From positions 19,372-83,371 of the forward strand of contig JBKBOT010000004.1 in assembly GCA_046293555.1 (NCBI GenBank): DNA of 64,000 bases. Reading direction: 5' to 3'. The translations under genes were made by a program, and so were the position numbers. Positions 1 to 8,602 of the stretch are shown one piece after another (position 1 is the stretch's first letter; the number at the start of each line of letters is the position of its first letter). The stretch is from Pyrobaculum sp. (GTDB taxonomy: Archaea > Thermoproteota > Thermoprotei > Thermoproteales > Thermoproteaceae). The notes beneath the pieces are model-generated. The model was not told the DNA's origin. It ran no database searches and saw nothing but the letters and a program-made list of their open reading frames with translations.

Positions 1-350
1 AAGGCGTAGACTGCGGCCCAGTCGGGCTGTAGGTAATAAGGTGGCGTGATTAACAACATGTCTACCCCAACGTCTTTATATCTCCTCGCCATTTCTATAG
101 TGGAAAGGTGGTCGCCGGTGCCGGTGCCTGCAACCACCAACGCCTTGCCGCCGGCAGCCTCCCTTGCCACCTCCATGGCCTTCACCCTCTCATCTGGCGT
201 CAGCTTGGTCACCTCACCTGTAGAGGAGGTGGGGAAGACGCCGTGGTACCCCTCGGCCACGATTTTGGAGAGGAGTTCTCTCAAGCCGTCATAGTTGACC
301 CCCTCTTTCGTAAAGGGGGTTACAGTGGCCACTATAACTCCCTCAATCAT
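1..350 (-). CDS. Dihydrodipicolinate synthase/KDG aldolase family protein (3' end outside window)
   Basis: Not in ORF track. Manual translation from ATG at 350: MIEGVIVATVTPFTKEGVNYDGLRELL...GVFPTSSTGE...VVAGTG...LLITPPYY, matching the DHDPS/NAL family motifs. Confidence 0.85.
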   Translation of the reverse strand, partial: MIEGVIVATVTPFTKEGVNYDGLRELLSKIVAEGYHGVFPTSSTGEVTKLTPDERVKAMEVAREAAGGKALVVAGTGTGDHLSTIEMARRYKDVGVDMLLITPPYYLQPDWAAVYA

Positions 351-372
351 AGAAAAATACTACTGGGGTTTT

Positions 373-1632
373 TTAATACAACTCCTCTAGCCTCCTCCTG
401 GCGCTCTCCACGCCGCGGGAGGCCCACGCCAAGGCGGCCGTCAGCCCCAAAAGCCACAAGACTGCGTTAATAGCTAAAAACTGGCCGGCGGTGAGAAAAG
501 CCTCGGCTAAGACTAGGCTTGTGTTTATTAACCACGCAGTGGCTGTGACTAGCCCCACTACAGAGGCCCTGACGCCTGTGGGGAATAACTCGCTTTCTAA
601 TACGCTAAGCGAGGCCCACGCCCATTCTGAAAAAACAAGATTAGAAAAGAGAATAGACAAATATAGAGAGAGGCCTCCCGGCATGGTGGCCAGCAGGAGG
701 GCGGTGGCGAGGCCCCCGACGTAAGACGACAATAGGGCAAACCGCCTCGACTTGTCTATTGCCGGGATTAACAAAAAGGCGCCGATAGAGGCGCCTAGGT
801 TAGCCACCGCCACAATTACGGGTGCTGTCTCAACGCCTAGCGGGAAGCCCTCTGCATATGGCGAGTAGTATGCCGCTATGTTGTAGGTGGCTAATTGTGT
901 AGAGGTCACCATAAGCAAAACCGCTAGCCTAAATAGATGGCGCCTTAACGCCTCTTTAAGCCCCACAGCTCCCTCTATAGGCATCTCAGACATCCCCATT
1001 TTTCTCAACAAGGTCTCTGCCTCAGCCCGCCTGCCCGCTGTCACAAGCCACCTGGGGGACTCGGGAAGGTGTAGCCTAGCCATAAACACAACAGTGGCCA
1101 ACGCAATTGCCGTCAGGAAGGTGTAAAACACCGCCACGTCTGGCTCCTCAGCTAACGATTTATACCAAAGCGAGAGGCCGGCAATTATGGCGGCGCCGAT
1201 ATTCCAAAAATTAGTGGCAAGCATTAACGCCCTCCCCCTGAGGCGAGGCGGCGAGAGTTCAGCCATGGCGGCATAGGAAGGCCCCACCTCGCCCCCCACC
1301 CCGAAGTTAATCACGCTGGTGAGTAAAACTAATGTCCCAAAAGTGAGTAGGCCGCCCCAGTAGAAGGAGACAAATAGGATAGACCCCACGGTGTAGGTGA
1401 GAAGAGATAATATCAGCCCAAGCCGCCTCCCCACTACATCTGTCACTTTGCCAAAGGCAAAGGCCCCCGCCATAAATGCCAAAGAGTTGGCGGCAAAGAC
1501 ATAGGAGGCTAGGTGGGGCTGTATGAGATATATAGTGACGGGGACAAGGCTAAACAAAACGCCGTCGAGGAAAAAGCTGGCGGACACCACGGCGAAGAGG
1601 CCCCAATGCGTCTTTCCCCATCTCTCCATCAA
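373..1632 (-). CDS. MFS transporter (sugar porter-like)
   Basis: ~12 TM segments; motif A GKVTDVVGRR, ELSPPRLRG, PESPRWL, SELFPTGVRA. Confidence 0.9.
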   Translation of the reverse strand: MMERWGKTHWGLFAVVSASFFLDGVLFSLVPVTIYLIQPHLASYVFAANSLAFMAGAFAFGKVTDVVGRRLGLILSLLTYTVGSILFVSFYWGGLLTFGTLVLLTSVINFGVGGEVGPSYAAMAELSPPRLRGRALMLATNFWNIGAAIIAGLSLWYKSLAEEPDVAVFYTFLTAIALATVVFMARLHLPESPRWLVTAGRRAEAETLLRKMGMSEMPIEGAVGLKEALRRHLFRLAVLLMVTSTQLATYNIAAYYSPYAEGFPLGVETAPVIVAVANLGASIGAFLLIPAIDKSRRFALLSSYVGGLATALLLATMPGGLSLYLSILFSNLVFSEWAWASLSVLESELFPTGVRASVVGLVTATAWLINTSLVLAEAFLTAGQFLAINAVLWLLGLTAALAWASRGVESARRRLEELY

Positions 1633-1658
1633 TAAGTAGTTAATTTTGATATAAAAAC

Positions 1659-1850
1659 TTACTTATTTGGCTTCACCCAGTTTTACTATCTCTCTTCTCC
1701 ACCTTGACGAGCCCTGCTTCCTCAAGCCGCCTTACTGCTTTAAATACCGTAGTGCGCGGAATCCCTAAATCAGACTCAAAAAAACCCCGCCTCTCTCCCT
1801 AACGTGACGGAGAATCAACATGTCTACTTCTGAAAGACCTCCTGGCGTCT
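1659..1850 (-). pseudogene. Remnant of a winged-helix DNA-binding protein
   Basis: Manual translation GLSEVDMLILRHVRERGGVFFESDLGIPRTTVFKAVRRLEEAGLVKVEKRDSK; the wing (NWVK) continues in a shifted frame; no intact 5' part. Confidence 0.55.
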
Positions 1851-2069
1851 TTCCCCACCCGTTTTACATTTGTATACCCCCTAGCCGTGTAACCTAAACC
1901 ACAATGTTGACGTCAAGACTAAGAGTCACGACATGAGAAAATAAAAAATAGACGGCACGCTGTCTGAATTTAGAAAAACGTTAATAAGATAGGAAAAGTC
2001 ACCGTGTAAAACAGTAAAACAGCCAGAGAAAACTTAAAAACTCATAAAAACAAAACGCTAGAAACCCCA

Positions 2070-2110
2070 GGATCTCAAAAAGAGGATTGAAAGTAAAAGA
2101 GGATTGAGAG
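2070..2110 (+). CRISPR. Vestigial CRISPR: one near-complete repeat plus a partial degenerate repeat, no spacer
   Basis: GGATCTCAAAAAGAGGATTGAAAG (2070-2093) differs by 1 nt from the recalled Pyrobaculum/Thermoproteus repeat GAATCTCAAAAAGAGGATTGAAAG; AAAAGAGGATTGAGAG follows at 2095-2110; A-rich leader-like DNA upstream. Confidence 0.7.
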
Positions 2111-2145
2111 TTAAGGAATGGGGTTATTCCACAGGCGGAAAGCCT

Positions 2146-2865
2146 CTAGAGACTTTCCGCAGGCGGAATTTTCGCCGTGGCCACGGCCAACGCCGTGAAG
2201 AGAAAACTACTGGCCAAAACCCTGCGGCCCATCTTCCTGATGTCTCCCACAGCCGACAGTTTTACATTATGCCGATAGTTCTGTATAAGGAGGTAAGTGG
2301 GCTCTACCGCCGCGACGAGAAACGGCGGGTGAGACGCCGCAATGTAGCCAACTGCAGGAGCCCACAGGAGTAGAGGCACGCCGGGGTCCACATTTCTAAA
2401 GGCCAGTCTTGACTCTACATACAAGGCAAAGGTGACAAAATATATGACATATAGCGGGTAGAACAACGTCTCGACGCCGGCGGGGACGCCAAGTAGATAC
2501 CGCATGGGGATAGCCAAGGAGGAGTATAACGCAAGGCCGGCCACATACCCTGTGGGCGTCCTTATGCGGCCTCTGGCTGCAGTTAGAAACACCACCATGG
2601 CCAACGCCACGAGGTAGACAACCCAAGGCGGCGGCATGTTCCACAACGCCGGGGCATACGGCAAGACGTTTAAAACAACAAGCGGGAGAGAAAGGCGGCG
2701 TCTAGAGGCCTCCTCAAAAAGAGGGCTGAAGGTAGTCAGGTGGATAAAAAACGCCAACGCCACGAGGGCAACGCGCCACCACTCCGCGGGGAGGCCCAGG
2801 GCGAGGACAGCCGCCAGGTTTGTAACTAACACCCCCACGATGGTCCACTCTCTGGGTAGACGCAT
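2146..2865 (-). CDS. Polytopic membrane protein, possibly YwiC-like
   Basis: 7-8 TM segments; last gene of the ccm-containing run; N-terminal LPRE and C-terminal RKMG loosely recall YwiC. Confidence 0.55.
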   Translation of the reverse strand: MRLPREWTIVGVLVTNLAAVLALGLPAEWWRVALVALAFFIHLTTFSPLFEEASRRRLSLPLVVLNVLPYAPALWNMPPPWVVYLVALAMVVFLTAARGRIRTPTGYVAGLALYSSLAIPMRYLLGVPAGVETLFYPLYVIYFVTFALYVESRLAFRNVDPGVPLLLWAPAVGYIAASHPPFLVAAVEPTYLLIQNYRHNVKLSAVGDIRKMGRRVLASSFLFTALAVATAKIPPAESL

Positions 2866-2892
2866 GACACATAGACGTCATGTACATATTAA

Positions 2893-3438
2893 TTAATGTC
2901 TGTAGTCTAAAAGCGCCGCCACGAGTGTCCCCACGGCGGCTGTGAGGACCAACGCCCCTACGGCGGCTGTATGGCCTTCTGCCGCAGCTACCGCGGGGGG
3001 TAGGGCCAGAACTATGGCCATGGCGGTGGCGGCTGGGGGCGGCAGCCCGCCGTAGACTGCAAAAAGCGCCGCCAGGGAGCTTACCGTGGAGAACAACAAC
3101 GCCGTAATTACCGCCGTGGGGATGTGGGCTGGGTGGATGAAAAGAGTGGCCAACGCCGTGGCTAACGCCGTCGTGAGGCCTGTCACCACGAGTTTAGAGA
3201 TGTAGATCTCCACGTGGCTTGTGTAATATATCAGCCCTTCCAACACGCCTCTGTCCCAATCCCTAATGACGTAAAGATAGGCAGATAGCTGGGAGGCCAA
3301 CAGGGCTATTAGATAGACGGCAGGCCACCCCGCGGCGGAGGCCAACACCCCCGCGGCTATCGCCACTGTGGCTATATAAGCCGTCTCTTCCGGCCTTCTG
3401 GCCGCCGCCTTTAGGTCAGCCTTTATGATCTCCCACAT
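2893..3438 (-). CDS. ccmB: CcmB-like permease
   Basis: Hydrophobic 181-aa ORF (RDWDRGVLEGL) coupled to an ABC ATPase within a ccmC-E-A run. Confidence 0.7.
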   Translation of the reverse strand: MWEIIKADLKAAARRPEETAYIATVAIAAGVLASAAGWPAVYLIALLASQLSAYLYVIRDWDRGVLEGLIYYTSHVEIYISKLVVTGLTTALATALATLFIHPAHIPTAVITALLFSTVSSLAALFAVYGGLPPPAATAMAIVLALPPAVAAAEGHTAAVGALVLTAAVGTLVAALLDYRH

Positions 3439-3994
3439 TGATTTCTCCCATCTTGAGCTCTCTCCCCAGCCCCAGAGGAAACGGCGAGGTTAACAACGCC
3501 GCCGGCCTTTGTCTTACTATATCCATGAGTTCCCCCCGGGCCTCCTCGTCTAGCCCCGTGGTGGGCTCGTCGATTACGAGATTCGGGGGGTCTGGCAACA
3601 AGGCTCTCGCCAGGTCTACCCGCCGCCTCCAGCCAAAACTGAGGGTCTTGACGGGCTTGTCTAACACCTTACAGACGCCCAGGGGGCAGCCCTCCAGCTT
3701 TCCGCCAGAAAGCTTGGCGAAAAGCCTTAAGTTCTCCCTCACTGTGAGCTCTGGGTAGAGCGTCGGGCTGTGGAAAACCACGCCGAGAGTTCTGGCGGGG
3801 ACTTTAGGCCTGGCGCCATCTATATACACCTCGCCCCTTGTGGGTTCCAACACGCCGGCAATTATTCGCACCAACGTGGTCTTGCCGGAGCCATTTGGGC
3901 CCACGAGCGTGACGACCCCACCTATGGACAGACTTACCCCTCTAAGCACCCAGCCCTCCCCCAGCCTCTTCCATAGGTTTATCACTTCAATCAC
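3416..3994 (-). CDS. ccmA: CcmA-like ABC ATPase
   Basis: Walker A GPNGSGKTT, LYPELTVRENL, signature LSFGW, Walker B LVIDEP; ccm context. Confidence 0.8.
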   Translation of the reverse strand: MIEVINLWKRLGEGWVLRGVSLSIGGVVTLVGPNGSGKTTLVRIIAGVLEPTRGEVYIDGARPKVPARTLGVVFHSPTLYPELTVRENLRLFAKLSGGKLEGCPLGVCKVLDKPVKTLSFGWRRRVDLARALLPDPPNLVIDEPTTGLDEEARGELMDIVRQRPAALLTSPFPLGLGRELKMGEINVGDHKG

Positions 3995-4362
3995 CCCGCT
4001 GGGGCGTAGTAGGCGGAGTGACAGCCTTTGATAATCGTGGTGATATTTAACGTCCTTGTGGCTGGGCTGTATACGCCCTCTACCACCACCTCACGGTCGA
4101 ACTGAAACTGGGGGCCGGCCATTTTGACCACCTCCATGTAGGGCACCACGGCCCTTATGGTAAAGCCGTCTCTCCCCCTGAGCGTTAAGTAGAGATAATC
4201 CCCCTCCCTGCCGTAATCCACAAGGACGCCGGACACCCTCACCTTGCCGCCAGGAAAGTTCTTAAGGTCAGACACGTCTTTTGGACTCCCCACATAAAGC
4301 GACATGATGCCCGCCGCGAGAAAGACGGCGGCTAGGGCAATAATTAAGACAAGCCGCCTCAT
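3991..4362 (-). CDS. ccmE: Heme chaperone CcmE, CxxxY (System I*) variant
   Basis: N-terminal TM, VRVSG and VVVEG OB-fold motifs, C-terminal CHSAY. Confidence 0.8.
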   Translation of the reverse strand: MRRLVLIIALAAVFLAAGIMSLYVGSPKDVSDLKNFPGGKVRVSGVLVDYGREGDYLYLTLRGRDGFTIRAVVPYMEVVKMAGPQFQFDREVVVEGVYSPATRTLNITTIIKGCHSAYYAPAG

Positions 4363-5291
4363 CTCTTCCCCACAGCCCGGAGGACTGCCGCCGCCGTGAG
4401 GAAATACAACGCGGCGTTTATATATGCGCTATAGTGACGCACCAGCTCTACCTCCCCATCTCTTACTAACACGAAGTTCTTTGGGAGGGTGGGGTAGCCC
4501 TCTACCTCAGCTGGCGTGAGGACTTGAGATGGGGAAATTGGGAGAGCTCTACCGTCTTCCAGCACGATAGAGGTGGCGGTGACGTCTACTACCCGCACTG
4601 GGCCGAGAAGCCAGGGGTAGAGCATGGCTAGCGCCACCACAGCCCCCGTCATGTATATCCACACGACTTTCCTCCCCCCGGCGGCGAGAAGCAATGTGAA
4701 GAAAAACGCCGCCACTAATATAGTTCTTGCCATCATGTAGAGACGCAGCGTCCCCGTCAAGGTGGCGCCAGGCTGGGGGTGTAGCGATTTAGCCACGACG
4801 GGGGCCACTAGAGAGATAACTACCAGCACGTAGCCCGCGATGAGGTAAGACTGCGCCAGTTTGACAGATCTATCTGGGTCCTCTACCCCCCTCCTTATGG
4901 CTGGATAGAGGGAAAACACCAGAGCTACAGCCAGTATTGACATCTGCCGTGGGTCGAGGGCAAGGGGCGTGCCCCAGCTTTCGGCAGCCCAAAGGGTGCC
5001 GCTGACAAAGGCGTACCAAGCCAAGGCCGCTGTGATGTAAGCCGAGACGTCCATCAGCTGTATTACCCGAGGCGACGGCCTCTTGACGCCCCAGAGGGCG
5101 GAGGCTAACGCCGCTGTGGCCATTATGTACATAACAATACCTGCAGGCACATGTACGTAAATATTTAGATAGGCCGTGGGGGCGCCCAGCTCTTTAACCA
5201 CAAGAGGGAAGGGCCCCCAGTTCACGAGGTAGATAGCCGAAATGACGTCTACAGCCGCCAGGACGGCTATGACAGACCTCACAGGACTCAC
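4359..5291 (-). CDS. ccmC: Cytochrome c biogenesis protein CcmC
   Basis: IYVHVP, WWD-like GTLWAAESWG...DPRQ, SLHP. Confidence 0.88.
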   Translation of the reverse strand: MSPVRSVIAVLAAVDVISAIYLVNWGPFPLVVKELGAPTAYLNIYVHVPAGIVMYIMATAALASALWGVKRPSPRVIQLMDVSAYITAALAWYAFVSGTLWAAESWGTPLALDPRQMSILAVALVFSLYPAIRRGVEDPDRSVKLAQSYLIAGYVLVVISLVAPVVAKSLHPQPGATLTGTLRLYMMARTILVAAFFFTLLLAAGGRKVVWIYMTGAVVALAMLYPWLLGPVRVVDVTATSIVLEDGRALPISPSQVLTPAEVEGYPTLPKNFVLVRDGEVELVRHYSAYINAALYFLTAAAVLRAVGKR

Positions 5292-5301
5292 GGGCCTCTA
5301 C

Positions 5302-5751
5302 TTAATAAACCTTCTCCCCGAAGTCCTCTATTGCAAACCCCCTGCCGAGCCGCCGCTTGGCTTTTTCAATAATTGCATCTATGAGATCTCTAGGCGTTGC
5401 GTAATGCCCCTCTACCAGCTGTAATCTCGTCAGGGCGTTTAGATGTGTGAAATACATGGGGCACTGGAGGCAATCCACCCCACAGTCCTCCTCTAGGTAC
5501 ACACAGTGGCGCCCCGCAATCGCCACAGGTCTTCTCAAGACTTGAAACACGCCGTCTGTCGACCTAATCGCCAGATATATGCCAGGACTGTCAAAACCAC
5601 GTCGCCTAAAGAGGGCGGCCTTCCTATATAGAGTCGACAAGGGGATTCCGGTGATAAAACTGGCCTGTCTAATCCCTTTTAGAAGTATACAAAAAAGGTT
5701 AAAATCCCCCCTATCTAGAAAAAAGTTGCGGGGAATAAAATTTATCTTCAC
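5302..5751 (-). CDS. Hypothetical HTH protein with Cys cluster
   Basis: HTH-like IRQASFITGIPLSTLYRK; HC...DCGVDCLQCP. Confidence 0.55.
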   Translation of the reverse strand: MKINFIPRNFFLDRGDFNLFCILLKGIRQASFITGIPLSTLYRKAALFRRRGFDSPGIYLAIRSTDGVFQVLRRPVAIAGRHCVYLEEDCGVDCLQCPMYFTHLNALTRLQLVEGHYATPRDLIDAIIEKAKRRLGRGFAIEDFGEKVY

Positions 5752-6341
5752 GACTTTGTGGCAGCCATTTTGAACATCTCGACGAGAGCTGGAACCTCCT
5801 CTGTGGCGTATCCACTCCGTTTCTTAAACGCCTCAGTTTGTGCAAACATAGTTGGCGCTAATTCTTTATCGCCCTCTATTAGGAGCTTGGCAATTAGCTG
5901 CGCCGCCCTCTCTGGATCTGCCGCCGGGTCTTTAAGGCCGTGTTTTTCGAAATATTTCATCATCATGGGGCCGCCGGCAGTGCCTTTCTCTACCCCCACG
6001 CTGCCTAACAGCGCTTTACTTAAGTCGGGGCCGAGGTTGCCCCCCACCTCAATGCCCACAGCCTTTACCGTGTGGCAAGCCACACAAGCCAGATCTTTAA
6101 ACAGCTGGATGCCCTTTTTGGCCAGCTCCTCGTTGTATTTAATCTGTAACGCCGGCGTGGCGGGAGCCCCGGGAGCCCCCGCGGTTATTGTCACCGGCGG
6201 CTCTGTAACTGTGGCGGCTGGCTCTGTAACTGTGGTGACTTTAGTCGCCGTCTTTACCTCGACAGCGGGCTGGTAGGTAAACGCCGCGGCGCCAATGATA
6301 ACTGCAATAATTGCTACAGCCAGATATATAGCTTTGCCCAT
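5748..6341 (-). CDS. Membrane-anchored monoheme cytochrome c (probable NirS electron donor)
   Basis: N-terminal TM, Thr/Pro stalk, CVACH, GPDLS; divergent from nirS. Confidence 0.88.
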   Translation of the reverse strand: MGKAIYLAVAIIAVIIGAAAFTYQPAVEVKTATKVTTVTEPAATVTEPPVTITAGAPGAPATPALQIKYNEELAKKGIQLFKDLACVACHTVKAVGIEVGGNLGPDLSKALLGSVGVEKGTAGGPMMMKYFEKHGLKDPAADPERAAQLIAKLLIEGDKELAPTMFAQTEAFKKRSGYATEEVPALVEMFKMAATKS

Positions 6342-6375
6342 ACGTAAGGGGAATGTGTATGTTTTTAGGAGTTTT

Positions 6376-6392
6376 GGTTTACTATGTTAACC
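6376..6392. promoter_or_regulatory. Palindromic operator candidate, nirS / cyt c divergent promoter
   Basis: GGTTTACTATGTTAACC, ends 33 nt before nirS ATG; matches sites at nosZ and norB. Confidence 0.65.
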
Positions 6393-6425
6393 ACAAAGAT
6401 TAAGTCACTGTGTGTAGAGAGCCAC

Positions 6426-8045
6426 ATGGGCGAGAAAGAGACCAGGAGAGATTTTCTAAAGGCGGCTGCTGCTGCGGGCATAGGCTTCGCAGTGGGGTCA
6501 TGGGCGCTGGCGTTATCTAGACAAAAGGTGGTGGTAGAGACTACTGCAGAAAAGGAGACGTTAGTAAGGCCAGAGGTGAGAGTAAAGCCAGAGGTCCACA
6601 TACAGCAAGCTGCGCCAACTGCGGCGGCGCCGCCCCATCCGGCTTTTGAAAAACGGGGGCTGGAGTTCCTAAACCCAGAGAATATACAAAAGACGTTAAG
6701 AGTTGTCGTGCCGGAGGACCAGCTTCCCGGCAAGCCAGTTGGCTATAACATAAACGACATAGACTGGATAGCTCTCCTCATCGAGAGTAGATACCACGAG
6801 CCGGGGGCCGAGATGGTGGGGTCCTATACCTTCCTCGACATGAAGGAGTTTAAGATCTTAAAGCGGGTGAAAAACGCCGGCGATCGCGTCCATGTGGTGC
6901 GGTTTGGCAGAGAGGAGTGGCCTGAACACAAGAGGCGGTTTGCGGTGGGGATGTCTAGAGACTGCTGGCTCTCTAAGATAGACCTATACTCAATGCAGGT
7001 GGTGAGACAGATAAAAATTGGCGTAGATTGTAGAAGCGCCATCTTTGACAAAGATGGGAAGTACGTAATAGCGGGCTCTAAAGACCCGGGCCACGCCGTG
7101 ATACTAGATGCAGACACCTTTAAGGTCTTAAAGGTAATACCGTTTCTAGGCGTCAGTAAGTACTTCCCCACGCCAATGATGGGGAGACAGGGGGCAATAC
7201 TGGCCTCAGACTTGGGCTACTGGCTTGTCAACGTGAAAGACGCAGAGATGGTGTTAGTAATTGACTACAGGCAGCCTGACTTCCCCATCGTCCACGTCTT
7301 TACTAGTTATGATACAAACAAGAAGGGCAGCTCGGTGAAAGTAAGAATTGGCGACAAGGAGTATGAGACAACAGGTATTGGCAAAAGCCCCCACGAGCTT
7401 AATAAGTTAGATAAGGAGGGTAGATATGTCGCAGTTACAGGACAGGAGGGCAATACCATATCTATAGTAGACATGAAGACTTTCGAAATTGTTAATACAG
7501 TATACTGTGGCAAAAAGCCGCATCCAGGCCCCGGCACGCTGGTACCTGGAAAATACTTCCTTACAAACGCCATAGCGGAGGGTTTAATCACAGTGATAAA
7601 CCTACAGACCATGGATGTAGAGAAATACATCAAGTATCCAAAAGAGTTCCCGCCAGAGACAGGCGGTGGCCTGTACTCCACCCCGCCCCTGCCTGACGGC
7701 AGAGTTCCCCACAACTTGGCGTGGTTTGACACCAGCTTCAATATAAACAAGGGCGTATTTGCAGTAGACATTACGTTAATGGACGTGGCCACTAGGCCCC
7801 CGGAGCCCGCCGTCTTTGCCCCCAACAAGCCCGGCAAGTGGGCTATGCATCCCGGACATACCCCAGACGGGAGATATGTGGTGTCTGCCCTCGAGAGGAC
7901 CGACATGGTGTACAAAGTGGATGCCGAAAGCGGCAAGATTGTCTCCACCATCGAGCTAAAGAAGGTGGAGCCAGTCCAGCTGGTGGAAGAGCCGAGCCCC
8001 ACCGGGATATTCCCGTTGTGGCGTATAAAGGCGCCGTGGTTTTAG
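6426..8045 (+). CDS. nirS: Cytochrome cd1-type nitrite reductase, d1 beta-propeller only, Tat-exported
   Basis: Tat motif TRRDFLK; RVHVVR (d1 axial His region), SPHELN and PHPGPG (distal His regions), C-terminal PTGIF; no CxxCH. Confidence 0.82.
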   Translation: MGEKETRRDFLKAAAAAGIGFAVGSWALALSRQKVVVETTAEKETLVRPEVRVKPEVHIQQAAPTAAAPPHPAFEKRGLEFLNPENIQKTLRVVVPEDQLPGKPVGYNINDIDWIALLIESRYHEPGAEMVGSYTFLDMKEFKILKRVKNAGDRVHVVRFGREEWPEHKRRFAVGMSRDCWLSKIDLYSMQVVRQIKIGVDCRSAIFDKDGKYVIAGSKDPGHAVILDADTFKVLKVIPFLGVSKYFPTPMMGRQGAILASDLGYWLVNVKDAEMVLVIDYRQPDFPIVHVFTSYDTNKKGSSVKVRIGDKEYETTGIGKSPHELNKLDKEGRYVAVTGQEGNTISIVDMKTFEIVNTVYCGKKPHPGPGTLVPGKYFLTNAIAEGLITVINLQTMDVEKYIKYPKEFPPETGGGLYSTPPLPDGRVPHNLAWFDTSFNINKGVFAVDITLMDVATRPPEPAVFAPNKPGKWAMHPGHTPDGRYVVSALERTDMVYKVDAESGKIVSTIELKKVEPVQLVEEPSPTGIFPLWRIKAPWF

Positions 8046-8602
8046 GCAGGGTATACATCGTCGGCGCCGGCCCCGGCGACCCGGAGTTATTAACGGTCAA
8101 GGCCCTTTTTCTCCTTCTAACAGCAGACGTGGTCTTCGCCGCCTCCCTCGTCCCCAGCTCAATTCTCAGCCTAGCTGACGGCAAAGTGGTGAAGTGCGGC
8201 CGCCTTACCTCTAGCCGACATGTAGGGCTGACAGCAAAAGTAATAGAGGAGGCCAAGTCTGGAAAGACGGTAGTGGTGTTAAAAAACGGGGATCCAGTCA
8301 TATTCGGCCGGGGGGTGGCCATGTGTAGAGAGATAGAGAAGGCCGGCGTGCCTTGTGAAATTGTGCCCGGAGTCTCCTCCTTCTCTGCAGCTGCGGCGAA
8401 GTACAAAATACCCATAACTGAGGGGGGCAGGCCTCTCCTCCTGACTACAGCCAGAAGTGGGGGGGAGCCAGACGTGGTGGTATTTATGCCTGAACAGAGG
8501 GCTGAGGGGCTTGTGGTGGAGGACCTATATGGAGAGGGCGAGAGGGCGTATTTTGGGGTGCCACAAAAGACGCCGGCGCTAGTCTTTAAACTAAGGCAGT
8601 AA
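8036..8602 (+). CDS. Uroporphyrin-III C-methyltransferase (SUMT, NirE-like)
   Basis: VYIVGAGPGDPELLTVKA, LKNGDPVIFGRG, VPGVSS; GTG at 8036 overlaps the nirS end. Confidence 0.88.
   Translation: MVLGRVYIVGAGPGDPELLTVKALFLLLTADVVFAASLVPSSILSLADGKVVKCGRLTSSRHVGLTAKVIEEAKSGKTVVVLKNGDPVIFGRGVAMCREIEKAGVPCEIVPGVSSFSAAAAKYKIPITEGGRPLLLTTARSGGEPDVVVFMPEQRAEGLVVEDLYGEGERAYFGVPQKTPALVFKLRQ

Noticed and set aside
2104-2373. 89-aa plus-strand ORF starting in the CRISPR-like repeat
   Set aside because: Arg-rich antisense shadow of 2146-2865 with a TTG start inside the repeat
7838-8035. N-terminal extension of the SUMT ORF in the track
   Set aside because: It overlaps nirS in another frame; the conserved domain starts at GTG 8036
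5758-8415. Long antisense ORFs (5758-6276, 7307-8002, 7843-8415) and many similar ones across the window
   Set aside because: They shadow well-supported genes on the opposite strand and have no motifs
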